This document shows positions 18,913 to 27,572 of a DNA stretch of 64,000 bases, piece by piece. Numbering within the stretch: position 1 is the stretch's first letter; each line of letters begins with the position of its first letter. A program made the position numbers and the translations under genes. The notes below the pieces were generated by a model. The model did no database searches. It was not told where the DNA came from and saw nothing but the letters and a program-made list of their open reading frames with translations. Where the stretch lies: the NCBI GenBank assembly GCA_040218735.1, contig JAVJQW010000023.1:352001-416000 (forward strand), written 5' to 3'. Origin of the DNA: Deltaproteobacteria bacterium (GTDB lineage Bacteria; Myxococcota; Kuafuiibacteriia; Kuafuiibacteriales; Kuafuiibacteriaceae).

Positions 18913-19611
18913 TCAGCGCGCGGTTCGGAAGCCTACGTGGGAGTGCCGGTCCATGGGGTCGAACGCGTTCCAGGTGTCAGTCTGGTTCTTGTCGATGCGC
19001 GCCGCCCACGCGCCGCCCTTCGCGACCATCGGGCTCTCTTTGCCCCGCTCCGGTTGCGAACGATCCGACGTCCACTGCCACACGTTCCCGATCAGATCAT
19101 GGTGCCCGAACGGGCCGACGTTCTTGCGGAAGTACCCGACCGGCCAGGTCACACGCGGCCCCTGCCCGCGCACCGCGGCGGCCTCGGGATCCCACGTGTC
19201 CCCCCACGGATATCTCCGTCCGTCGGTGGAGCGCGCCGCGGCTTCCCACTCGCGCTCGGTCGGTAGTCGTCGCCCCTCGAACCGGCAGAACGCCTCCGCC
19301 TCGTACCAGGACACGCCCACCACCGGACGCTCGGGCCGGAGGAAACGCGCCCACTTCTCCTCGCGCCAGAAGCGCGGCTCCTCGACCTCGTTCCTCTGAA
19401 TGTAACGCCACCCGTTGGCGCTCCAATGCGCCTTGTCGTCGTACCCGCCGGCTTCGACGAAGCGGCGATACCGAGCGACCGTCACGAGGTGTTTGTCGAG
19501 CTCGAACGTCTCGACGGATTGTTCGCCACCGAGGCGCTCCGACAGCAAATAGGTCCCGGCGGGGACGCGGATCAGCGGTGCTTCGTCGGGGAGGAGCTCG
19601 AAGCCGCCCAC
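18913..19611 (-). CDS. FGE-sulfatase/SUMF1-fold protein
   Basis: [35 protein letters not shown]. Confidence 0.88.
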   Translation of the reverse strand: MGGFELLPDEAPLIRVPAGTYLLSERLGGEQSVETFELDKHLVTVARYRRFVEAGGYDDKAHWSANGWRYIQRNEVEEPRFWREEKWARFLRPERPVVGVSWYEAEAFCRFEGRRLPTEREWEAAARSTDGRRYPWGDTWDPEAAAVRGQGPRVTWPVGYFRKNVGPFGHHDLIGNVWQWTSDRSQPERGKESPMVAKGGAWAARIDKNQTDTWNAFDPMDRHSHVGFRTAR

Positions 19612-19613
19612 CG

Positions 19614-20012
19614 TCAGTTCGGTTCGCCCTGGGGCGCGACCGACGGGACGGCGAGCAGGAACGGCGCGATCTCCGCGTCGAACATGGACCCGTCGTCGCG
19701 GTACATCTGGTACGAGCCGTTCATCGTCCCCCACGCCGTCTTCAGGATGCAGCCCGACGTATATTGAAACGACTGCTTGGGCGCGAGCACCGGCTTCTCG
19801 CCGACGACCCCCTCGCCGCGCACTTCCTCGACTTCGTTTCGACCGTCCGTGATGACCCAGTGCCGGGTCCTCAGCTGGACGGTCTCCTCGCCCTCGTTGT
19901 TGATGGTCACCGTGTAACGGAAGACGTAGCGGCCCTTTTGTGGCGCCGACTGCTCAGGGAGGTAGGCGGACGCCACTTGGACGCGGATCCCGTTCGTCAC
20001 CGCGTTCGACAT
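19614..20012 (-). CDS. apaG: ApaG protein
   Basis: [32 protein letters not shown]. Confidence 0.95.
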   Translation of the reverse strand: MSNAVTNGIRVQVASAYLPEQSAPQKGRYVFRYTVTINNEGEETVQLRTRHWVITDGRNEVEEVRGEGVVGEKPVLAPKQSFQYTSGCILKTAWGTMNGSYQMYRDDGSMFDAEIAPFLLAVPSVAPQGEPN

Positions 20013-20059
20013 CGGGCGGGAGTCTTGTCCAACCGGAGCGCGATGTCAGCAGGGGAATC

Positions 20060-21286
20060 TCACCCGCCACGCACCTTACTCGCCAAGGGCACCGGCGCGC
20101 GGTCGGCCAGGAGCACCAGGAGCGCCGCCGACGTACAGAACGTCCGCCCCGTGATGCAGTGGTGCCCCGTCCAGCTCCCGTCCTGGTTCTGCACACGCGC
20201 CAGGCTGGACGCCATCGCCGTGTCCCAGCGCTTCCACTCCTTGCCGCCCTTCGCGACCAGGCTCTCGCTCACGAGCATATAGGAGAGGAACTCCTCCCCC
20301 CCGTTCGAACCGAAGCCCGCCGCGAACCGCGGGTCCTCCAGCTTGTCGATCAGCGCGGCCTGGGCGCTGTTCTTCTTGGCCTTCGTCTTGCGGTAGCGCT
20401 GTAGCTTGGCCTGCGCCTGCCGCTTGACGCGCGGGTCCTTCGCGTTCTTGGCGAGGTCCTGCACGAAGTCCTCGTCCATCTCGTTGGTGTTGACGGAGTC
20501 GGACAGCGCCCCCGTGTTGGCCGCGGTCGAGTACAGATCGACGCCGGCCGATCCCTTCCCGCTGAACTTCCCACCCTCCAGCGACTTCGCCGCGTTGCGC
20601 TCGGTGCGTTCGAGGACCTCGTCCTTCACACCGACGCCGCGCTGCTTCGCACGCGCCATCCCCTTCGCCGCGACCGCCTGCGAGAGGACCGGCGCCCACC
20701 CGCGATCGTCCCAGGTGCCGTCGTCGCGCTGGTTGGCTTCGATCTTCGCGAGCACCTTGTTCAGGCCGGCGGTCAGGCGTTGGTTCGCCTTGGCGTCGGG
20801 CATGTGGTCCTTCAGCTCGGCGAGGAGCTGCGCCGAGAGGAACGTGTCGATGTACGGCCCGATCTTCGACTGCACGCGCGTACCGCGAACGTCCGTCACG
20901 TACAGCGACTTGTCGTCCGACTTCTCGATCTGCCCGAGCACGTAACCCGCCGCGCGCTGAATCGCCTTCGCGTGCGGCCCCGACTTCGCGGTGCTCCCGG
21001 CGCGAAGGAGCGCGAGGGTCGCGATGCACGAGTCCGCGACGTTGGAGCGCGAAGCCATCCCCTGGCCGCCGCCCATCTGTCGCGACTCCTCGCCTTGCCC
21101 CCAACCGCCGTCTTCGAGCTGGTGTTTCTCGAGCCAACCGAGCCCGCGCTTCACGGTCTTCGACAGTGGCTTGGGTTGAACGGCGGGCGCCCAGGTGTCG
21201 GCCGCCCAGCTCCGCGAAACGGCGGTCGTCAGACCTCCGACCCCGAGGCCGGCGGATGCGAGGAGGAATCTTCGTCGCGACAACAT
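20060..21286 (-). CDS. Tat-exported prenyltransferase/squalene-oxidase-repeat (QW) alpha-barrel protein
   Basis: SRRRFL Tat motif; QLEDGGW, QRDDGTW, QNQDGSW repeats. Confidence 0.75.
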   Translation of the reverse strand: MLSRRRFLLASAGLGVGGLTTAVSRSWAADTWAPAVQPKPLSKTVKRGLGWLEKHQLEDGGWGQGEESRQMGGGQGMASRSNVADSCIATLALLRAGSTAKSGPHAKAIQRAAGYVLGQIEKSDDKSLYVTDVRGTRVQSKIGPYIDTFLSAQLLAELKDHMPDAKANQRLTAGLNKVLAKIEANQRDDGTWDDRGWAPVLSQAVAAKGMARAKQRGVGVKDEVLERTERNAAKSLEGGKFSGKGSAGVDLYSTAANTGALSDSVNTNEMDEDFVQDLAKNAKDPRVKRQAQAKLQRYRKTKAKKNSAQAALIDKLEDPRFAAGFGSNGGEEFLSYMLVSESLVAKGGKEWKRWDTAMASSLARVQNQDGSWTGHHCITGRTFCTSAALLVLLADRAPVPLASKVRGG

Positions 21287-21477
21287 GCAAGTCTCCTTGC
21301 GCCCGACGCGCGGGGCTTCGCGCGGACGATTCGTTGGAATGTAAGAAAGGACAGCGGCGTCCCCGGTCCGGTTCCAACGTGTGACGTGCGAAAGCGATCT
21401 GCCGGTGGACCGCATTCCCTTCGTGACCTCGGCCCAGGGTTGCACTCGGGCGCACGCTGTGGGTTTGTGTGCCCGCC

Positions 21478-22884
21478 ATGAAGCTGCTTCGGATCGCGCT
21501 GCTCTCGTTGGTCGCAGTGAGCTGCAAAACCGCCCCCAAACCCGTCATCGAGGGCGGGGACGTCGTGTTCGACGAGAAGGCCTGCGTCGCGGACAGCGGC
21601 ATCAACGGCGAGATTCGCGTCACCGGCGACAACCTCACGTCGCTGCTCCAAACGACGCGCTGCGTGACCGGCTCGGTCATCGTCGAAGCCAGCACCTTGT
21701 CGCGTGTGGAGCTGGTCGCGATGCGTGCGATCGGCGGCGACCTCATCGTCATGGACAACGGCTCGCTCGAGCACCTCTCGCTCCCGCGGCTGGAGGTCGT
21801 GCGCGGCAGCGTGCTCGTCCTGTCGAACGCGCGACAGCTCTCGATCTCCGCCCCGAACCTCACCGTGGTCGGCGTGGATGTTCGCATCGGCCGCGACATG
21901 GACCTCGACGCAGCGCTGTCGCCGTCCTCACCCGGGTCGTCGATCCGCGAGCTCGAGCTGCCGGCGCTCACGCAGATCGGCGGGCGCTTCAAGATCGAGA
22001 ACAACCCGTCGCTCGAGAAGCTCGCGCTGCCGGTGCTCCAGTCCGTGGTCGACGGCTTCGTCGTCGACCGCAACGAACGCCTCGTCACGGTCGAGCTCAA
22101 CCGCGGCATCGACTTCGACGGGGGACTGTACATCCGCGAGAACCGATCGCTGAAGTCCATCGCGGGCTTTCGAATCGTCGGCCGCATCGGAGGCCACTTC
22201 GTGGTCACGAACAACGCCAAGCTCGCCACGCTCGACGGCCTCGACGAGCTGAGCGCGGTCGGCGGTGATCTACTCCTCGTCGACGACGACAAACTCGCAA
22301 CGATCTCGCTGCCGCAGCTCGCGACGATCGAAGGTGTCTTCGAGCTGCGCGACAACGAGTCGCTGAAGGACTTCGAGCTCCCCGCTCTGGTCGCCGTCGA
22401 CGGGCGCGTGGAGATCTCGGGCAACAACGGGCTCGAGCGCGCGTCGTTCCCGGCGCTGAAGGAGGTGCGCGGCAACTTCGACGTCGCGTCGAGCTACGCG
22501 CTCGCCTCCGTTCGGCTCGGCGCACTCACACGCGTCGGCGGCGACCTGGGCCTCGTCGACACGGCGGTGCTCCCCGGCCTCGACGCACCGGTGCTCGCGG
22601 AGATCGTCGACGACCTCGTCGTGAAGGTGAACGCCGGCATGACGGACATCCCGTTCCCCGCGCTGAAACGCGTGGGTGGGTACATCACGATCGCGGACAA
22701 CGCCGCGCTGGTGTCGCTGTCCGGGATGCCCACGCTCGACACCGTCGGGCTGCAGGTGTTCGCGACCGGCAACGAGAAGCTCCCGGACTGCGCGGTGCGC
22801 AAGCTCGTGGACCAGATCAAGGGGCGCGGCCCGCTGTGGGAGACCACGATTCGCGGCAACGACTCCGACGGCACGTGTGAGTGA
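21478..22884 (+). CDS. Receptor-L-domain-like beta-solenoid lipoprotein
   Basis: Lipobox AVSC; many L.LP.L..vgG.f.i..N repeats. Confidence 0.8.
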   Translation: MKLLRIALLSLVAVSCKTAPKPVIEGGDVVFDEKACVADSGINGEIRVTGDNLTSLLQTTRCVTGSVIVEASTLSRVELVAMRAIGGDLIVMDNGSLEHLSLPRLEVVRGSVLVLSNARQLSISAPNLTVVGVDVRIGRDMDLDAALSPSSPGSSIRELELPALTQIGGRFKIENNPSLEKLALPVLQSVVDGFVVDRNERLVTVELNRGIDFDGGLYIRENRSLKSIAGFRIVGRIGGHFVVTNNAKLATLDGLDELSAVGGDLLLVDDDKLATISLPQLATIEGVFELRDNESLKDFELPALVAVDGRVEISGNNGLERASFPALKEVRGNFDVASSYALASVRLGALTRVGGDLGLVDTAVLPGLDAPVLAEIVDDLVVKVNAGMTDIPFPALKRVGGYITIADNAALVSLSGMPTLDTVGLQVFATGNEKLPDCAVRKLVDQIKGRGPLWETTIRGNDSDGTCE

Positions 22885-23825
22885 TGGAAGCGCTCCGCGA
22901 GATGATGAACGGCCTCGTGGAGGCCGCCGAGCGCCCGGAGGCGCCGACGCACGAGATCGGCGACATGGCGCAGTTCATCGTCGCCGCGGCGCAGCGCGCG
23001 ACCGCGGATCAACTCACGGAGCTCGCGCGCGGGCTCGCGCCGGTGGTCGACATCGACAGCCCGCACGCGCCGGTGACGTTTGTGCTGGGCGGCGCGTTGG
23101 TGGAGCACGGCGCCGATCCGGAGCCGCTCGCCGACGCGATCCTTCGCCCCCTCGCACAGGCGCTCGCGCTGTCCGCGAGTTTCCTCGACGCGATCGAAGC
23201 CGACGGTGAGCTCACCGCGGAACGGTGGGCGGAGATCGAACGCCCGCACGCGTGGCACGTCGTCGAGCTGATCTGGCGGCCCGCGGTGGCGGTGTTGGGT
23301 CGGAGCGCCGAGCTCCGCGACCGCTACGCCACGCTGGCGATGGCGGCGGATCGCCTCGCGCCGTTCACACCCGCGGGCGACTGGCTCGGGCGGATCCTCC
23401 GCGTCGTGGACGAGGCGCGGTTCTCCATCCTCCACGAGGACAGCGGCCGCACGTTCGACGCGACCGTGAGCGGCGTCATGAGCGTCTTCGAGCTGCACAC
23501 CCACCTCGTCGTGGAGCTGATCGGCGATCCGGCGGAAGGGTGGCTGGACGGGACGCCCGCGTCCCCGGCGGTCGTCGCCAACGTGCGCGGCGAAGGCCCC
23601 CAGGTGTGCGAGGAGGAGGTCGCCGAGCGGTGGCGGATGTTCACGACGGTCGACGGCGAGGAACGCGAGCTGCTCGGCAACGACGAGGTCGCCTCGATCC
23701 CGGAGGACGAGGACGACGAGCTCCGTCGAATCGTCCTGCGAAACTCGGATTCGGGCGCGACGTACCCTGCGCATCGCTCCTTCGCGACGCTGACCGCCCG
23801 CGTCCGCGCGATGCCGGCCGACTGA
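22884..23825 (+). CDS. Hypothetical protein
   Basis: Protein-like composition; ATG overlaps the upstream TGA. Confidence 0.7.
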   Translation: MEALREMMNGLVEAAERPEAPTHEIGDMAQFIVAAAQRATADQLTELARGLAPVVDIDSPHAPVTFVLGGALVEHGADPEPLADAILRPLAQALALSASFLDAIEADGELTAERWAEIERPHAWHVVELIWRPAVAVLGRSAELRDRYATLAMAADRLAPFTPAGDWLGRILRVVDEARFSILHEDSGRTFDATVSGVMSVFELHTHLVVELIGDPAEGWLDGTPASPAVVANVRGEGPQVCEEEVAERWRMFTTVDGEERELLGNDEVASIPEDEDDELRRIVLRNSDSGATYPAHRSFATLTARVRAMPAD

Positions 23826-23903
23826 CCGGCAAAGCTGCATGGAACAACACACCGTCGGTGGGTTCCGGCGGACGCCGGGGCACATCCACCGTCGCGTCGC
23901 CGG

Positions 23904-23918
23904 TGGCACACCGCTTGC
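23904..23918 (+). promoter_or_regulatory. sigma54 -24/-12 promoter
   Basis: TGGCAC-ACCGC-TTGC, matching the TGGCAC-N5-TTGC consensus. Confidence 0.8.
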
Positions 23919-23932
23919 GATGTCTTCGCGGC

Positions 23933-24397
23933 GTGACGCTTGAAGCACTCGCACAACACCTCGAGACCGGCCCCGGCGCCGAGCCCTACCGGCTCCGGCC
24001 GGGCGGTGTGTCGGCGATCGTCGTCCTGCTCGAGGCGGATCCGAAGAACGTCAGCGAGATCGCGTTGAAGCTCGTGGTCGCGCTGGAGGAGTCGCTCGCG
24101 TCGCCGAACGCGGCGCAGCAGATCGTCACCGCACTTCGATCCTCGCCCGCGGCGCTCCGAGCGATCCGTGAGCGGTACGCGGGGAGCGATCGCTCGCAGG
24201 CGTTGGACGCGCTGCTCGACCAACGCAAGGCCGTGCGCGCGCCGATGCACGGAGTGGCGGCGCCCGACGGGGCGGTGAGCCTCCGCAGCTTCCTCGACGT
24301 CGGTCGCGAGCGACGCCCCGGCGTCAGCCGCGCGCGACCGACCGCGCCCGCGCCCGCCCCCCGCACCACTCGACGTCGAGCCTTCCGGCTCGCCTGA
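23933..24397 (+). CDS. Hypothetical protein (154 aa)
   Basis: Only the 3' part of the 23225 ORF looks protein-like (VTLEALAQHLE...); GTG lies 15 nt after the sigma54 box. Confidence 0.65.
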   Translation: MTLEALAQHLETGPGAEPYRLRPGGVSAIVVLLEADPKNVSEIALKLVVALEESLASPNAAQQIVTALRSSPAALRAIRERYAGSDRSQALDALLDQRKAVRAPMHGVAAPDGAVSLRSFLDVGRERRPGVSRARPTAPAPAPRTTRRRAFRLA

Positions 24398-24433
24398 CCC
24401 GATCCAACCTTCGAACCAAGGAGTGAACCGAAG

Positions 24434-25246
24434 ATGGCTTTGCACACCGACCTAGACTTTCGAACGATCGACCGCATCCGCGCGGACAACATCGCCCTGA
24501 CGCCCGGCGTCGACCCCAAGCTCACGGAGGCCGTCGAGGCCGCCACCCCCGCGAAGACCAAGGGCGTGGTGGAACGTGAAGGGTTGACCGGCGGCTATGA
24601 CGCGGCCGCGAAGCCGGACGTCACCGTCGCGCCGGAGTACGCGCAGGCGAAGGCCGGCAGTCACGTGTTCATGCGCGGCCACCGTGGAGAAGGCGTGAAG
24701 CAGATGCAGGAGAAGCTCATCGCGCTCGGCTACCTCGACCCGAAGGCCGACCCGAAGCAGGCCGCCGATGGCATCTTCGGCTCGGCGACGGAAGCCGCCG
24801 TTCGCGCGTTCCAAAAGGACCAAGGCCTGAAGGTCGACGGCATGGCCGGACGCGACACGATCGGCAAGCTGGACTCCGTCGAACCGCCGAAGGCCGACGC
24901 CGCCCCGAAGGGCGACGATACCGCGCCGAGGCCCGACGCTGACGCCGGACCCAAGATCGACGACGCCGCGCCACGACCGGACACGGGGACCCCGCCCAAG
25001 GCGGACGACGCCGCGCCGGCCGGGCCGGTCGCGCCCGCAGCACCGCAACCGCTCGACGTCGCGCCCGCCGCGCCGGCGCCGCTCGACGAGGCCCCGCCCA
25101 AACCCGACGCGCCCGCAGAGCTGGGTCCGCTCCCCGAGGCACCGGCGCTCCCCGAGCTCCCGCCGCACCCCGCGCTCCCTTCGTGCGGAGCGGACGCCGC
25201 CGTCGGCGAGGGGGACTACGGCGGAACGTGGCGCGACTGCACCTGA
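24434..25246 (+). CDS. Peptidoglycan-binding (PG_binding_1) protein with Pro/Ala/Asp-rich tail
   Basis: G..V..MQ..L..LGY...DGIFG..T..AVRAFQ...GL.VDG.AG..T motif; AGGAG RBS. Confidence 0.85.
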   Translation: MALHTDLDFRTIDRIRADNIALTPGVDPKLTEAVEAATPAKTKGVVEREGLTGGYDAAAKPDVTVAPEYAQAKAGSHVFMRGHRGEGVKQMQEKLIALGYLDPKADPKQAADGIFGSATEAAVRAFQKDQGLKVDGMAGRDTIGKLDSVEPPKADAAPKGDDTAPRPDADAGPKIDDAAPRPDTGTPPKADDAAPAGPVAPAAPQPLDVAPAAPAPLDEAPPKPDAPAELGPLPEAPALPELPPHPALPSCGADAAVGEGDYGGTWRDCT

Positions 25247-25254
25247 GCCGAGGT

Positions 25255-25289
25255 TGCAGGGGATCGAATGATGACTTCGATCCCCTGCA
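25255..25289. terminator. 14-bp perfect hairpin (terminator/REP-like, no U-tract)
   Basis: TGCAGGGGATCGAA-N7-TTCGATCCCCTGCA directly after the stop codon. Confidence 0.55.
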
Positions 25290-25325
25290 CTCGACGCATG
25301 GCCGACGGTTCACCATCCTGAGGTC

Positions 25326-25949
25326 ATGAAGATCGCGATCATCGGCTCCGGCAACGTGGGGAGCGCGCTCGGCGCGAACCTCTCCGCCCACGACTACGAC
25401 GTCACCTTTGGGGTTCGCGAGGGAAGAAACGCAGACGAGGCCGTCGCCCGCAGCGAGGGGCGCGCCACGCAAGCGCCCATCGCGGACGCCGTGACGAACG
25501 CCGACGTCGTCTTCCTCGCGGTCCCCGCGGACGCCGCGGTCGATGCCGTTCGCGCGCTGGACCTCGCCGGCAAGATCGTCGTGGACTGCAACAACCCGCT
25601 GCGGTGGGACGGCGGCCCGGTGTGGAACCCACCCGCGGAGGGCTCCCTCGCCCAGGCGATCGCGGCGGTCACGGGCGCCCGCGTCGTCAAGGCGTTCAAC
25701 ACGTTCGGCGCGGAGCTGCACGCGAACCCGTCGCTCGCCGGGGGCGGCGTCGACCTCCCGATCGCGAGCGACGACGACGACGCCAAAGCGATCATCGCCG
25801 CGCTCGGCGAGCGCTGCGGATTCGCTCCGGTGGACGCGGGCCCGCTGCGCAACGCAGCCGTGCTCGAGAACGTCGCGATGCTGTGGATCCACCTCGCGAT
25901 GGTCGGCGGTCAGGGCCGGCAGTTCGGCTACCGACGCGTTGGGCGCTAG
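25326..25949 (+). CDS. NADPH-dependent F420 reductase-like oxidoreductase
   Basis: IGSGNVG Rossmann motif, VVDCNNP, VVKAFN, DAGPL. Confidence 0.88.
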   Translation: MKIAIIGSGNVGSALGANLSAHDYDVTFGVREGRNADEAVARSEGRATQAPIADAVTNADVVFLAVPADAAVDAVRALDLAGKIVVDCNNPLRWDGGPVWNPPAEGSLAQAIAAVTGARVVKAFNTFGAELHANPSLAGGGVDLPIASDDDDAKAIIAALGERCGFAPVDAGPLRNAAVLENVAMLWIHLAMVGGQGRQFGYRRVGR

Positions 25950-26332
25950 CTCTTGTGAACGGAGAACGCGACGCGGTGGCCGTCGGTGGTGCGCACGAAG
26001 ATCTCGTCCGCGCCGTAGAACGTCGTGCGCCGCGGGACGATCTGCTCGAGGCCCTCGCTCGCGCGCTCGGCTTCGTCGAGTGAGTCGACGCGCGTGTAGA
26101 GCAGGACGTCGCCGACCCGAAGGTCGCGTGCGATCCCCTCGTGGTCGGCCTGACAGCTCGCGAGCGTCTGGAGCATCACGGTCGTCGACCCCTGCACGAG
26201 GATCACGAACCCGAGGCGACCCTCGTGTTCGACCTCGTCGACCTTCGTGAACCCGAGCTGGTCGACCCACAGCGGCAGCTGCGGCTCGATGGCTTCGACG
26301 ACGAGGACGGGCGTGAGCGCTTCGATCTTCAT
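25946..26332 (-). CDS. VOC/glyoxalase family protein
   Basis: LTPVL.V, LGF, TFYGADE, DGH motifs. Confidence 0.85.
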   Translation of the reverse strand: MKIEALTPVLVVEAIEPQLPLWVDQLGFTKVDEVEHEGRLGFVILVQGSTTVMLQTLASCQADHEGIARDLRVGDVLLYTRVDSLDEAERASEGLEQIVPRRTTFYGADEIFVRTTDGHRVAFSVHKS

Positions 26333-26412
26333 GGCGTCCAAATGCCCCGAAGCGACGCACCGAAGATAGAACATTTCCGACACGACGCGCCGGTTCGGTA
26401 GAATCGTCGGAC

Positions 26413-27120
26413 GTGTACGCCGAGCACGCCCCCGCGCCGCGGCTTCGTCCGTACGTGCGCTGCTACTGGACGCTGCGCGCCGACGCTCGTCCGTACTCGC
26501 GCGTGCTCCCCGACGGATGCATCGACGTCATCTTCGATCGACGACGCCCCGGCGCGCGCTTCGTCGGTACGATGACACGCCCGCTCTTGCTGGAGGTCGG
26601 CGGACCGGTCGACGTCGTCGGCGTTCGCTTCGAGCCGGGCGGCGCGGCGCCGTTCCTCCGGCTCCCCGCGCAGTCGATCACCGACGACGCCGTGGACGTC
26701 CGCGAGACGTGGCGCGCGGGGATCGACGTCGCGGATCGAATCGCGGATCTGGAGCCGCTCCGCGAGCTCGACGCAGCGCTCCTCGCTCGCCTCGGCGACG
26801 GCGAGATCGACGCGGCCGTCATCGCGTGTGTTCGACACATCGAAGCGGCGCGCGGCGACGTGAAGATCTCGGACCTCACGCGGATCGCCGGGTGCTCCGA
26901 GCGTCAGCTCGAGCGCCGGTTCGCGTCCCACGTCGGCGTAGGCCCCAAACGCTTCGCGCGCGTCGTCCGCTTCCGCGCCGTCCTCGACGCGGCACCGCAC
27001 GTCCCGCGCGGTGGCTGGGCGGACGTCGCGGCCTCGCTCGGCTTCGCGGACCAGTCGCACCTCCTCCGCGAGGTCCGAACGATCGGCGGCGCGAGCCTCC
27101 GCACGCTGCGACCGCGCTGA
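26413..27120 (+). CDS. AraC-family regulator (DUF6597-like + HTH)
   Basis: VLPDGCIDVIF, SERQLERRF, GFADQSHL; divergent from the VOC gene. Confidence 0.9.
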   Translation: MYAEHAPAPRLRPYVRCYWTLRADARPYSRVLPDGCIDVIFDRRRPGARFVGTMTRPLLLEVGGPVDVVGVRFEPGGAAPFLRLPAQSITDDAVDVRETWRAGIDVADRIADLEPLRELDAALLARLGDGEIDAAVIACVRHIEAARGDVKISDLTRIAGCSERQLERRFASHVGVGPKRFARVVRFRAVLDAAPHVPRGGWADVAASLGFADQSHLLREVRTIGGASLRTLRPR

Positions 27121-27137
27121 TTCGTGGTACGGGATTC

Positions 27138-27572
27138 GTGACCGTGGCGGAGCTCGGGCAAGTCGTCGACACGAACCCCGACGGGCGCGCGGGTGAAGCC
27201 GCCATCACGGTCCCGCGCACCTGGTTCGAAGAGCGCGTCACCGTCGAGGTCACGCTCCCGATGCGCCTGCGCTGCCACGCCTGCGGCGGCGGAGGCTGCG
27301 ACGGCTGCCAACGCCGCGGCGCGTTCCGCCTCGACGAGGACGCCGCCCGCCGCCGCTTCGTCCTCCCCCTCCCGACGAAGGCGGGCACGCTGCGCCTCGC
27401 CGATCCCGTCGACGCCGGCGAGCCCGAGCTGATCCTGTTGACGGTGCGCGAGGGCGCCGCGGAGAACGTGCGGCGACTGACACCCGAGCGGAGTACACCT
27501 TCGCGCGTCGGGTGGTGGGTGCTCGCGGCCGCGGGCGCGCTCGGCGCGGTAGCCTACGCGCTCAACGGGTGA
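27138..27572 (+). CDS. Small tail-anchored protein with DnaJ-like zinc-finger segment
   Basis: CHACGGGGCDGC motif; C-terminal TM helix. Confidence 0.6.
   Translation: MTVAELGQVVDTNPDGRAGEAAITVPRTWFEERVTVEVTLPMRLRCHACGGGGCDGCQRRGAFRLDEDAARRRFVLPLPTKAGTLRLADPVDAGEPELILLTVREGAAENVRRLTPERSTPSRVGWWVLAAAGALGAVAYALNG

Noticed and set aside
18913-19611. Active formylglycine-generating enzyme or DGR target
   Set aside because: The catalytic CxxxxC is absent; no reverse transcriptase or template repeat is seen
20060-21286. Squalene-hopene/oxidosqualene cyclase linked to the P450 and mevalonate genes
   Set aside because: Single barrel of about 400 aa, no DxDD/DCTAE motif, Tat-exported and far from those genes
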